Assembly (NCBI GenBank): GCA_043818055.1
Contig: JBDRGF010000126.1
Coordinates: forward strand, 1 to 39,271
Length of the DNA stretch: 39,271 bases
Direction: 5' to 3'
From: Pseudomonadota bacterium
GTDB lineage: Bacteria > UBA10199 > 2-02-FULL-44-16 > JBDRGF01
The translations under genes were made by a program, and so were the position numbers. The notes beneath the pieces are model-generated. The model saw only the letters and a list, made by a program, of their open reading frames with translations, was not told where the DNA came from and did no database searches. Of the stretch, positions 29,232-39,271 are shown in pieces (positions within the stretch are counted from its first letter, which is position 1; every line of letters starts with the position of its first letter).

Positions 29232-29729
29232 AGCGCTAACCATGAGAGCTGGAAATTGTCGAAGGATATTAATCCGAATTTGGTCAAGTTTTTAAGGGCA
29301 TGAGGTGGATGCCTTGGTGTTCGGAGACGATGAAGGACGTGTCTAGCTGCGATAAGCCTCGGGGAGCTGCTAAGAATGCTTTGATCCGGGGATTTCCGAA
29401 TGGGGGAACCCATCTGTTCGAAAGAGCAGATATCTTGCAGTGAATACATAGCTGTAAGAGGTAAACGCAGGGAACTGAAACATCTTATTACCTGCCGGAA
29501 AAGAAATCATATGAGATTCCCCTAGTAGCGGCGAGCGAACGGGGAAGAGCCTAAACCGACATCAGCTTGCTGATGTCGGGGTTGCGGGACCGCAACATGG
29601 GATTGTCGGAAGATAGGTGAATATTATGGAAAGATTAGCCATAGAGCGTGATAGCCGCGTAACCGAAATCTGAAGACACCCTAGCGGTATCCCAAGTACC
29701 ACGGGACACGAGAAATCCTGTGGGAATCC

Positions 29730-29760
<31 letters not shown>

Positions 29761-29780
29761 CGAACAACCGATAGCGAACC

Positions 29781-29811
<31 letters not shown>

Positions 29812-30201
29812 GAGAGGGGAGTGAAATAGTACCTGAAACCGCATGCCTACAAGCTGTGGGAGGGCTATGGCTGATCTTCGGATCAGCAACGCCTGACCGC
29901 GTGCCTTTTGCATAATGAGTCAGCGAGTTATTGTAGTCAGCAAGGTTAAGCCGTTGAATAGGCGGAGCCGCAGCGAAAGCGAGTCTGAATAGGGCGAATT
30001 AGTTGACTGCAATAGACCCGAAACCAGTGTGATCTATCCATGGCCAGGATGAAGTTCGAGTAACATCGAATGGAGGTCCGAACCGGTGAATGTTGAAAAA
30101 TTCTCGGATGAGCTGTGGATAGGAGTGAAAGACTAATCAAACCTGGAGATAGCTGGTTCTCCCCGAAATATATTGAGGTATAGCCTCGAATGTTAACCTC
30201 T

Positions 30202-30235
<34 letters not shown>

Positions 30236-30396
30236 AAGATTACCAAACCCAATCAAACTCCGAATTCCGGAGGGTACTATTCGGGAGTCAGACCATGGGT
30301 GATAAGGTCCTTGGTCAAGAGGGAAAGAGCCCAGATCGCAAGCTAAGGCCCCAAAATCAGATTTAAGTGTGAAAGGATGTGGAAGTGCCCAGACAA

Positions 30397-30458
<62 letters not shown>

Positions 30459-31242
30459 GAGTCTGCGCCGAAAATTCATCGGGGCTCAAAATCTGTGCCG
30501 AAGCTGCGAATTTCCATAAATCTTCGGATTTGTGGAGTGGTAGGGGAGCGTTCCGTAAGCCTGTGAAGGTCGACCGAAAGGACGGCTGGAGGTATCGGAA
30601 GTGCCTATGCTGACATAAGTAGCGATAAAACGCGTGAAAAGCGCGTTCGCCGTAAGCCTAAGGTTTCCTGGGGAAGGTTAATCCGCCCAGGGTTAGTCGG
30701 GTCCTAAGCCGAGGCCCAAGGGAATAGGCGATGGACAACAGGTTAATATTCCTGTACCGCTGTAAGTATGCTATGTAACGGAGGGACGGAATTGGATATG
30801 TCGGCCATCTATTGGATGATGGTTTAAGCGTATAGGGGGGTGTTCAGGCAAATCCGGACATCAACTCTAAGGCGTGATGACGACTCCTTTTTTGGATGAA
30901 GTGATTGATTCCAGCTCCCTAGAAAAGCTTCGTTATAATACTTATTGCGCCCGTACCGCAAACGGACACACGTAGGCGAGGAGAGAATCCTAAGGCGCTT
31001 GAGTGAACCCTTGTTAAGGAACTTTGCAAATTGACACCGTAACTTCGGGAGAAGGTGTGCCCTTGTTGGTGAAACTCTTTACGAGTCGAGCTGACGAGGG
31101 TTGCAAAAACCAGGTGGCGGCGACTGTTTAACAAAAACACAGGGCTCTGCAAAGTCGCAAGACGACGTATAGGGCCTGACGCCTGCCCGGTGCCGGAAGG
31201 TTAAGGGGTGGGGTTAGCATCTTCGGATGCGAAGCTCTAAAC

Positions 31243-31991
<749 letters not shown>

Positions 31992-32548
31992 AGCGAAATT
32001 CCTTGTCAGGTAAGTTCTGACCTGCACGAATGGCGTAACGATTGCCACACTGTCTCAACAAGGACCTCAGCGAAATTGAAATAACAGCGCAGATGCTGTT
32101 TACCCGCGGCTAGACGGAAAGACCCTGTGCACCTTTACTATAGCTTGGCAGTGGATTTCGGATTGATTTGTGTAGGATAGGTGGGAGACTGTGAAGCGGG
32201 AGCGCTAGCTCTCGTGGAGCCATCCTTGAAATACCACCCTGATTAATTTGGAATTCTAACCTACTCCCGTAATCCGGGAGGGGGACACTGTCTGGTGGGT
32301 AGTTTGACTGGGGCGGTTTCCTCCCAAAATGTAACGGAGGAGCGCGAAGGTTCCCTCAGGCTGATTGGAAACCAGCCGTTGAGTGTAAGGGCAAAAGGGA
32401 GCTTGACTGCGAGACTTACAAGTCAAGCAGGTGCGAAAGCAGGTCCTAGTGATCCGGCGGTCCCGTATGGAAGGGCCGTCGCTCATCGGACAAAAGGTAC
32501 GCCGGGGATAACAGGCTTATCGCCTCCAAGAGTTCACATCGACGAGGC

Positions 32549-32607
<59 letters not shown>

Positions 32608-32635
32608 TGGCTGTTCGCCAATTAAAGTGGTACGT

Positions 32636-32676
<41 letters not shown>

Positions 32677-32702
32677 TACCGTGGGCGTAGGAAACTTGAG
32701 AG

Positions 32703-32737
<35 letters not shown>

Positions 32738-33098
32738 CACCTCTAGTGCACCGGTTGTCACGCCAGTGGCACAGCCGGGTAGCTATGTGCGGAACGGATA
32801 ACCGCTGAAAGCATCTAAGCGGGAAACCGTCCTCGAGATAAAGTTTCCCTGAAGGCCACTTGAAGACTACAAGTTTGATAGGCAGGGTGTGGAAGTCCAG
32901 TGATGGACGGAGCTAACCTGTACTAATCGGCCGATCGACTTGATCTTAATTTTTCCTGTTCACCATGTAAGTGGTGGACAGGGGAAAGAGCCGTCGTTAA
33001 ATCACGGCGGCCAAGAGAGACCTCAATCGATATTGGATTGTTTCTTAAATAATATATATTAGAATGGTATGTAAGCGTAAATTTTTGAATTTTACGTT

Positions 33099-33216
<118 letters not shown>

Positions 33217-33224
33217 TTAATTTT

Positions 33225-33259
33225 AAAACCCCGCACTGAAAAGTGCGGGGTTTTTATTT
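33225..33259 (+). terminator. rrn intrinsic terminator
   Basis: AAAACCCCGCACT-GAAA-AGTGCGGGGTTTTT. Confidence 0.92.
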
Positions 33260-33260
33260 G

Positions 33261-33714
33261 GTGCGCCCGGCAGGGCGCACCCGCTTGGAGTTGGAAGTAC
33301 TCTCCGCGCCCGACAGGGGGAAGCGGTAGCCGGACGGCAAGGGTGTCCGCCGCGAGGCGGAATCTGAAGGAAGCCGCAGGCAAAGCGCTGGCCTGACGAA
33401 CAGGAATTGCATAGAGGCGACTGAATGGGATGAGACGGCCAATATCGTTAAAGTCCAGTACCTGTACGGAACGTTCAGTCGTATATGCAACAGGCATAAG
33501 CGTGAAGGCGGGAGCGCATTACCCGGGGAGATCTGTCGTTCTGCCTATGAGAGACTACCGATGTCGTGAGGTATCGGGATGGAGCGGCAGAAGTCAGCAG
33601 GGAGGTTTGTTGCTCTGGAACGATTAAATGAATTGCCGTATACGGAACCGTACGTACGGTGGTGTGAGAGGTCGGAGGGTCTATTACCTAGACCCTCCTC
33701 AGCTGTCCGAAAAT
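33261..33714 (+). mobile_element. ORF-less, internally deleted group IIC intron remnant
   Basis: 5' GTGCGCCCGG directly after the terminator; IIC-like domains I and II; DV GCCGTATACGGAACCGTACGTACGGTGGT; DVI hairpin GGAGGGTCTA/TAGACCCTCC; no RT ORF; 3' end uncertain. Confidence 0.85.
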
Positions 33715-33723
33715 GATCCTAAT

Positions 33724-33801
33724 GTAGGGGGCGGCCCCTGTGCCGACCCTTTAAAGCGGGCAACCACCCTCCAGAGGCGGGCAGGCAGGGGTTGCCCCTA
33801 C
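33724..33801. repeat. Inverted pair of GTAG REPs (REPIN-like) with a nested small palindrome
   Basis: GTAGGGGGCGGCCCCTGTGCCGACCC ... GGGCAACCAC[CCTCCAGAGGCGGGCAGGC]AGGGGTTGCCCCTAC. Confidence 0.7.
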
Positions 33802-33936
33802 AAAAAAGCAAAATATTGAGTTAATGGACATTTTGTGAATGCTGTATCTTGGGAGTCTAATCAGAATTTACCACCTACACTTCAAATCTTGAGTTTTTTT
33901 ACCCTCTCATGTATGTTGTCAAAAAAAGGGGGGATT

Positions 33937-34302
33937 ATGGTTATAGCAGTTAAGGTCATCAGTATCATCATTGCCGCATTTGGAATTCTATTGGTCGTAA
34001 AGTCGACATTCTTGAGGCAAATTCTTACGTTCGGACTGGAAGGAAAGAGAATCTACGCGATAGCTGTGCTCAGATTTATTTTGGGAACCTTTTTCCTGAT
34101 TGCTGCTACACAGTGCAGAATGCCGTGGTTGGTGATTATCCTTGGATTGTTGATGCTCATCAGCGGCATTTTTGTCTTTGTCTTGGGGATTGAAAGATCA
34201 AAGGCGATGGTGCAAAAATGGCAGCAGTTGAGTGATCTGACTTTACGTTTTGTATCTTTGATACCTGTGGCCGTAGGAGCACTGCTTTTGTATTCCGCTT
34301 AA
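33937..34302 (+). CDS. Small integral membrane protein (about 4 TM)
   Basis: ATG after a G-rich SD; four hydrophobic segments. Confidence 0.75.
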   Translation: MVIAVKVISIIIAAFGILLVVKSTFLRQILTFGLEGKRIYAIAVLRFILGTFFLIAATQCRMPWLVIILGLLMLISGIFVFVLGIERSKAMVQKWQQLSDLTLRFVSLIPVAVGALLLYSA

Positions 34303-34334
34303 AGAATGACTATTAGCTGATTCATATGCTGTTG

Positions 34335-35498
34335 TTATTCCGTCTGAGCGCAGATGAAACCGCCGGATGTTGTGATCTGTGTGGTGCTGTTACCCACAGC
34401 ATTGATCGTGAAGCCGGAGGGATTTGTCGCCCAGAGGTTTCTCACGTCCGCGACTGTTGAAAGTGCGGTGCCGATGACATTTGTCATTGTCACATCGGCA
34501 TCGGTCAAACTCAGAGATGCAAGCGTTTTTCCCGCATTGGTTCCTGTCACGGTGAAGCGCATCCTTGCCCTGTAAGTTGTAGAGCCAACTGTGAACCTGA
34601 TCTCCCCTCTGAATGTAGTAGCATCGTGAAATCCTTTGTTGTTACTTGCAAATGTGAAACCGGAATTACAAATAAAAACATTATCACCAGTAAAAATTCC
34701 AGCAACTGAATCAGTGGAATTTATGAGATTTGTTGCAGCAAAAGCATTCGTATCACTAGGATTCCATGTCCCCTGTTTTCCGCAGATAAAGGGAATATCA
34801 GCATCGGAGCCGTAAGGCTTATGCATAAATGTAAACGACGTTGCAGCAGCGATAGCCGCCTTGAACTCAGCACTCGTTACATCTACGCTCTTCGAAGTAC
34901 TTACACAAACACCGACATTTGGATAATCATCGGCTGTCAATACCGGAGGACCGCTTATCCCCTCGCCGCCTGTGCCGAAGTTGGCAACAGTTGCGCTCAC
35001 CTGACAATCGGTCGCGCCTGATCTGGTCGTCACGTTATCCCATGTATAATTTCCCGATGTCGGAGTTGCGGAGGAGAGTGTTACAACATTTGTGCACCCC
35101 TCCAGAACATCTGTCAAAGCTGTTGCATCTGGGCAGACCCTTACCTGTGTAGAGTCCGCAGCACATGGAATGAATAGCACCACATTGCCAGTGAGCCCTG
35201 CTTTTTCTGTATCGCTTGGAAAGTGAGCGATGGTCTTTGTCGTATTTCTGTCCGTGACGAGGTCTGTGAAATTCACGGAGCCGCTTGTTGTGAATTGAAT
35301 GATGACATTTCCTGCATCGCTTCTAAGCTGGGCAGCCGTCCCCCTTGTGATCGATGTAATCGCGTTTCCATTTGTGTCGGTGAATTTGTATCCTGCCGGG
35401 GCGCCAGAGAGGGCATCTGAAACATTGGTGCCATCGCCACAGGATAAATTAACCATAATGATAGAAGCCAAAAACAAAGTTCCAAGAAATCTTTTCAT
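34335..35498 (-). CDS. Thr-rich surface lipoprotein of unknown function
   Basis: Lipobox VNLSC; SD AGGGGG; beta-rich composition with several Cys. Confidence 0.8.
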   Translation of the reverse strand: MKRFLGTLFLASIIMVNLSCGDGTNVSDALSGAPAGYKFTDTNGNAITSITRGTAAQLRSDAGNVIIQFTTSGSVNFTDLVTDRNTTKTIAHFPSDTEKAGLTGNVVLFIPCAADSTQVRVCPDATALTDVLEGCTNVVTLSSATPTSGNYTWDNVTTRSGATDCQVSATVANFGTGGEGISGPPVLTADDYPNVGVCVSTSKSVDVTSAEFKAAIAAATSFTFMHKPYGSDADIPFICGKQGTWNPSDTNAFAATNLINSTDSVAGIFTGDNVFICNSGFTFASNNKGFHDATTFRGEIRFTVGSTTYRARMRFTVTGTNAGKTLASLSLTDADVTMTNVIGTALSTVADVRNLWATNPSGFTINAVGNSTTQITTSGGFICAQTE

Positions 35499-35527
35499 AA
35501 GATCCCCCCTGAATAAAATGTTAAATA

Positions 35528-35659
35528 TTAACGGTTGCTCTCAGTCGGCTGATCGTTTGCCATATCATGAGTGTTAACCAGCGAACATCCATATGTCAAA
35601 GCCGCCAATAAGATAAATGATAAAATTCCAAAAACCGCCACTCGTTTAAATCTTTTCAT
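35528..35659 (-). CDS. Small putative lipoprotein (43 aa)
   Basis: SD AAGGAGG; MKRFKRVAVFGILSFILLAALTYGC signal followed by a short polar tail. Confidence 0.6.
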   Translation of the reverse strand: MKRFKRVAVFGILSFILLAALTYGCSLVNTHDMANDQPTESNR

Positions 35660-35720
35660 CTCCCCTCCTTTGATATAGGATTTCGTACATAAATTATACC
35701 TATTGTGCAATCTTAAAAAT

Positions 35721-37937
35721 ATGAATTACGTCAGTTTAATAAATCGTTTTAAAGTCCCTGTAATTATCATCAGCCTTTTATTTATTGCAGTCGGGTTCTG
35801 GTTTGCGAAGGACCTTAACTTCAATCCCTCTCTCGAAACCAGATTTTTGAAGGATAACCAATATCTCAATTCTTTTAAAGATTTCAATAAAGAGTTCGGC
35901 CAAGAGCCCCTTCTGATCGTTGTCTGGGAGAGTGGGCGGGATATATGGCGCGTCGAAACATTCAATCGCCTTAAACTCTTAACTGCGAGGATAGAAGAGC
36001 TTCCCGGCGTCGCATCTGTCTATAGCATGGCCAGCATTATCGATGGGGATGGCCTGAATTATACCGACTTTAGCACACTAAAACAGCTTTCCCTTGTCAG
36101 AAAGCTACTCGTATCAAAAGATGGTAAGAAGGAGATGCTGCTCATCATTCCAGATGCGAATGCTATTGTTCCAAGCGAGGGATTGAATCTCACGCGGGAG
36201 ATAAAAAAGGTTTTGAGCGATTTTGTTGTCGATGGTGAGAATGCCTATCTTTCAGGTCCTTTAGCGATGCAGTCCGAGGCAATCGATCTCTCCAGAGATG
36301 ACCTTATCAGGGCAATTCTCTTTGTTTCGATATTTGCCCTCATAATTTTCACACTCATTTATAGAAGCTTCCAGGCGGTTATCGGTGCGCTCTTTGTCAC
36401 TCTCTTTTCGATTGCCGGCGCAAGTGGCATCCTGGCGATCAGCAACATTCACCTCTCGCAGTTTGCCCTAATAGCCTTTCCCATACTGGCCGCAATAAGC
36501 CTGCAAGATGTTGTGCATCTGATCGAACATTACGACATCGCAAGACGTGAGAAGATGGATCCTGTCAGTGCATGCAGATATATGCTAAACAAATGCGCTG
36601 CACCATGTCTTTGGACTTCAATTACTACATGTGTCGGATTTGGGGCGATATTGGTTTCGAATATCGAACAGGTGAATTCGATAGGAAAGATTGTGCTGAT
36701 TGGCGCGCCACTTGCTTTTATCGCTTCAGTCATATCTCTTCCAGCTCTTCTTATGCTGTTCAAAGGCTGGCCAAAAATCGGCAGGAGGGTATTTGAAGCC
36801 GGGATAGATCGTGTCGTAAAGAACATTTTTCGTCACGCGAAGGTGATAGCCTTTTCGTTTTTGATCCTCATCGTCGTTGGGTTTGTCGGAATTTATTTCG
36901 TGAAGATGCAATTTGATTTTCCGAACATCTTCTCCCCAAGGATCGAGTTTCAAAAGAACCTGGCGAAGATCGACGAGGATTTTGGCGGCGCGGCATCATT
37001 CGAGCTGATGCTTGAAACAAACGACGGTAGCGATTTTTCGGATATCGCGAAGATAGAGCTCGTAAAAAATCTTCAGACGGCATTGTCGCTCACTGCAAGC
37101 GTCACCGAAACCATCTCGCCGATCGATATTGGCATTACAGGGTATGTACTGAAAAACGGCATGCCAGCTGACCCAAAGGCTTTCAGAAAGTCCTCAGGAA
37201 AGATTATAAAAAAGATTTTAAAAGAGAATAAAGCAGAACTCGCTAACTGGCTCTCCCCCGATCTCAAACGGGCGAGGATTCATGCGAGGATGAGAATGGA
37301 TAAAAATCAATATTACGGTCAGCTTTTGGGGGCGCTTTCGTACCTTAAAAAAACATTTTCAAAGAGTGGCATCGATATCAGCTGGAGCGGTTTTTCGCTC
37401 CTCTATAAAGATATGGAAGCGAGGATGCTGACCGAGCTCGTTCGGAGTTTTATGCTGGCCTTCGTAGGCGTTGCTTTTTTTATGATCATCCTCTTTAGGT
37501 CTGTTAAATGGGGGGTTTTGGCGATGATTCCAAATATTCTCCCCATCGTGATCGTCGTCGGGATCATGGGCCTCACAGGTGTCGGCTTTTCGCTGGGACT
37601 TATCATCCTTCCAGCTGTCGGCCTGGGACTCATCGTCGATGATACCATTCATATCATCTGGAATATCAGAAAGGTGCTGAAAGAGGATGGTTATCGCAGA
37701 TTCTCTTTTACAAAGGTGTTTTCTACTACAGGACGCGCCCTGATTCTGACCACGCTGATTCTCTCAGCCGGTTTTCTCTCCCTTATCTTTTCTCCCTTTG
37801 TCTCAAATGTTCAACTCGCAATCCTAATGCCCTTACTTTTGATCCTGGCACTCATCTTCGATTTCATAAGCGTCCCTACGCTCATGTATTATTATTACAA
37901 GTATGTGAAACGGGTTCAGCAATCAGCCAGAGAATAA
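35721..37937 (+). CDS. MMPL/RND-family transporter
   Basis: Duplicated TM plus periplasmic-loop architecture; TSITTCVGF, PNILP, GLIVDDTIH and TGRALILTT. Confidence 0.9.
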   Translation: MNYVSLINRFKVPVIIISLLFIAVGFWFAKDLNFNPSLETRFLKDNQYLNSFKDFNKEFGQEPLLIVVWESGRDIWRVETFNRLKLLTARIEELPGVASVYSMASIIDGDGLNYTDFSTLKQLSLVRKLLVSKDGKKEMLLIIPDANAIVPSEGLNLTREIKKVLSDFVVDGENAYLSGPLAMQSEAIDLSRDDLIRAILFVSIFALIIFTLIYRSFQAVIGALFVTLFSIAGASGILAISNIHLSQFALIAFPILAAISLQDVVHLIEHYDIARREKMDPVSACRYMLNKCAAPCLWTSITTCVGFGAILVSNIEQVNSIGKIVLIGAPLAFIASVISLPALLMLFKGWPKIGRRVFEAGIDRVVKNIFRHAKVIAFSFLILIVVGFVGIYFVKMQFDFPNIFSPRIEFQKNLAKIDEDFGGAASFELMLETNDGSDFSDIAKIELVKNLQTALSLTASVTETISPIDIGITGYVLKNGMPADPKAFRKSSGKIIKKILKENKAELANWLSPDLKRARIHARMRMDKNQYYGQLLGALSYLKKTFSKSGIDISWSGFSLLYKDMEARMLTELVRSFMLAFVGVAFFMIILFRSVKWGVLAMIPNILPIVIVVGIMGLTGVGFSLGLIILPAVGLGLIVDDTIHIIWNIRKVLKEDGYRRFSFTKVFSTTGRALILTTLILSAGFLSLIFSPFVSNVQLAILMPLLLILALIFDFISVPTLMYYYYKYVKRVQQSARE

Positions 37938-37981
37938 ATCAGCTTTTACAATCACCCATAACCTAAAAACTATCACCCAAC

Positions 37982-37998
37982 TTGGCCCTGATTTTGCT
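37982..37998 (+). promoter_or_regulatory. sigma54 (-24/-12) promoter
   Basis: TTGGCCCTGATTTTGCT: GG-N10-GC with TTGCT. Confidence 0.7.
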
Positions 37999-38120
37999 AA
38001 CTATATGTAGGTTAGCTTAATTACATAAACCATGTTTGAAAAAAGCTTATGATATTCAACATGTTACATTATTAAAGGAGAATGGGGGTGAGGAAATAAC
38101 CCCCCAGTTTTGAGATATTT

Positions 38121-39101
38121 ATGAGTGAAATTTCATTTAGAACAGCATTGAGAGAGACGGGAAATTGGCTTAGCGGGCCGATTCTTCCATCGTACGAAAG
38201 TGCGAGTCTTTACAGTGGGTTATCATCGTTTGGGGTGCTGGGTACTAGTTATAGTGGACTCATACACAACTATAATAAGCTTTTAGGTGCACCTTCATTT
38301 ACATCAGCCAGTTCACGCTTTATGAATCGGAGCCCTGTTACCAGTGGTGGGTGGGGAAGTATGTTTGTCAACAGCGTGATTTCCGGGATTAAATTTGGAA
38401 ATTTTGATAAGTTGAAGGAACATACGAGCTCGTTGATCGGAGCGTTTGGTGCACCGCTCGGATATCTGATTGCACATGGGAATGGCTCAAGAAACAAATC
38501 CACAAATTATAAAGTTCAAAAAAATAACAGAGCGAACCCACCCACTACACAGCAAACACGCCCAAGGCGAAATGGGGGACCAGCCAGTAATTCAACGACT
38601 AATCCTTCAAAACAAAATGCAGCTAGCAGGCAGGCAGCATCGACATCAACACGCGCATTGAATAATGCTCCCCCCAGAGTATCACTTGCAGATTTAAGAT
38701 CTGCAGAAAATGTCTATCAGGATATATTCGAGAGGCGCCTAAGTGCTTTTGAAACCAATTCCGACACAGTTGAGCTACAGAAGGAATATAAAAAAGCATA
38801 TGATGAGTATAATAGTCTGCTCGGAAGTGGAAATAAAAATGATTTGAGTGAGAAAGACAAGAAAATTAAAATAGCTTTTGCTGCCAATAAGGCTAAATTG
38901 AAACGGCGTCTTCCAAAGTATTTGATGGATGCAATTCAGGAACATAAAAGAGCGGCAGCACGGGCTAAACAAGTGCTAAACGCCAAGACAACTCCAATGC
39001 CAGTCCAGCCTTCAAAGCCTGCGACACCTCCCGCTCCAACAGCATCGCAAAAGAATTCGGAAGAGAAGAAACGGATGGGCACCTCTAAAAACCTCATTTG
39101 A
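38121..39101 (+). CDS. Hypothetical protein (326 aa) with Ser/Gly-rich N-terminus, low-complexity linker and helical C-terminus
   Basis: Long ORF, no recognisable domain, weak SD. Confidence 0.7.
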   Translation: MSEISFRTALRETGNWLSGPILPSYESASLYSGLSSFGVLGTSYSGLIHNYNKLLGAPSFTSASSRFMNRSPVTSGGWGSMFVNSVISGIKFGNFDKLKEHTSSLIGAFGAPLGYLIAHGNGSRNKSTNYKVQKNNRANPPTTQQTRPRRNGGPASNSTTNPSKQNAASRQAASTSTRALNNAPPRVSLADLRSAENVYQDIFERRLSAFETNSDTVELQKEYKKAYDEYNSLLGSGNKNDLSEKDKKIKIAFAANKAKLKRRLPKYLMDAIQEHKRAAARAKQVLNAKTTPMPVQPSKPATPPAPTASQKNSEEKKRMGTSKNLI

Positions 39102-39271
39102 ACAGTAAAATTTCGCCTGAATTCAAAAAGCAGCAACAATTGATAAAGTTTTTCGTCACCTTCATCTGTATTTTTATTTTGTTTTTTATCATTTCCGTCT
39201 TTTCCAAAACTTTCAATACGCTGCAAACACACTACGCCCTACTTAATTGCACACTTCGACAAAGATTGTAT

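Noticed and set aside
32835..32856. Short 23S helix 98 region
   Set aside because: Reduction of this helix is common among bacteria and is not distinctive.
33430..33819. ORFs 33430-33627 and 33628-33819 as intron-encoded proteins
   Set aside because: No RT motifs such as YADD. They are translations of ribozyme domains and REP sequence.

Overview
Bacterial chromosome segment. The zapA-ssrS-rny-ymdB-tyrS-rrn gene order suggests a delta-proteobacterial-type organism (Desulfobacterota/Myxococcota/Bdellovibrionota-like; inference). From left to right it holds: an AT-rich cluster with two HEAT-repeat genes; a TrxR-like flavoprotein lacking CxxC; a three-gene two-component cassette bounded by a duplicated 3' end of the neighbouring isochorismatase gene; housekeeping genes (SPFH, trxB, ssb, tRNA-Cys, tRNA-Leu, pyrE, atypical pyrF, hpt, udk, rnr, zapA, 6S RNA, rny, ymdB, tyrS) and a CPAF-like S41 protease; a full rRNA operon (16S-Ile-Ala-23S-5S); then lipoproteins, an MMPL transporter and a sigma54-preceded orphan. 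The 23S gene carries a group I intron at L1931 with a LAGLIDADG endonuclease, and an ORF-less group IIC intron remnant follows the operon terminator. The main unexplained signals are: (1) a four-copy bipartite motif, G(C/T)AAC(T/C)T-N13/14-(A/C)CGATA, upstream of orphan and effector-like genes, a candidate alternative-sigma regulon; (2) a second ~200-nt rod-shaped RNA candidate between 6S RNA and rny; (3) the integrase-free insertion scar; (4) many REP-like palindromes and 7/8-bp microarrays, several of them in frame inside proteins.
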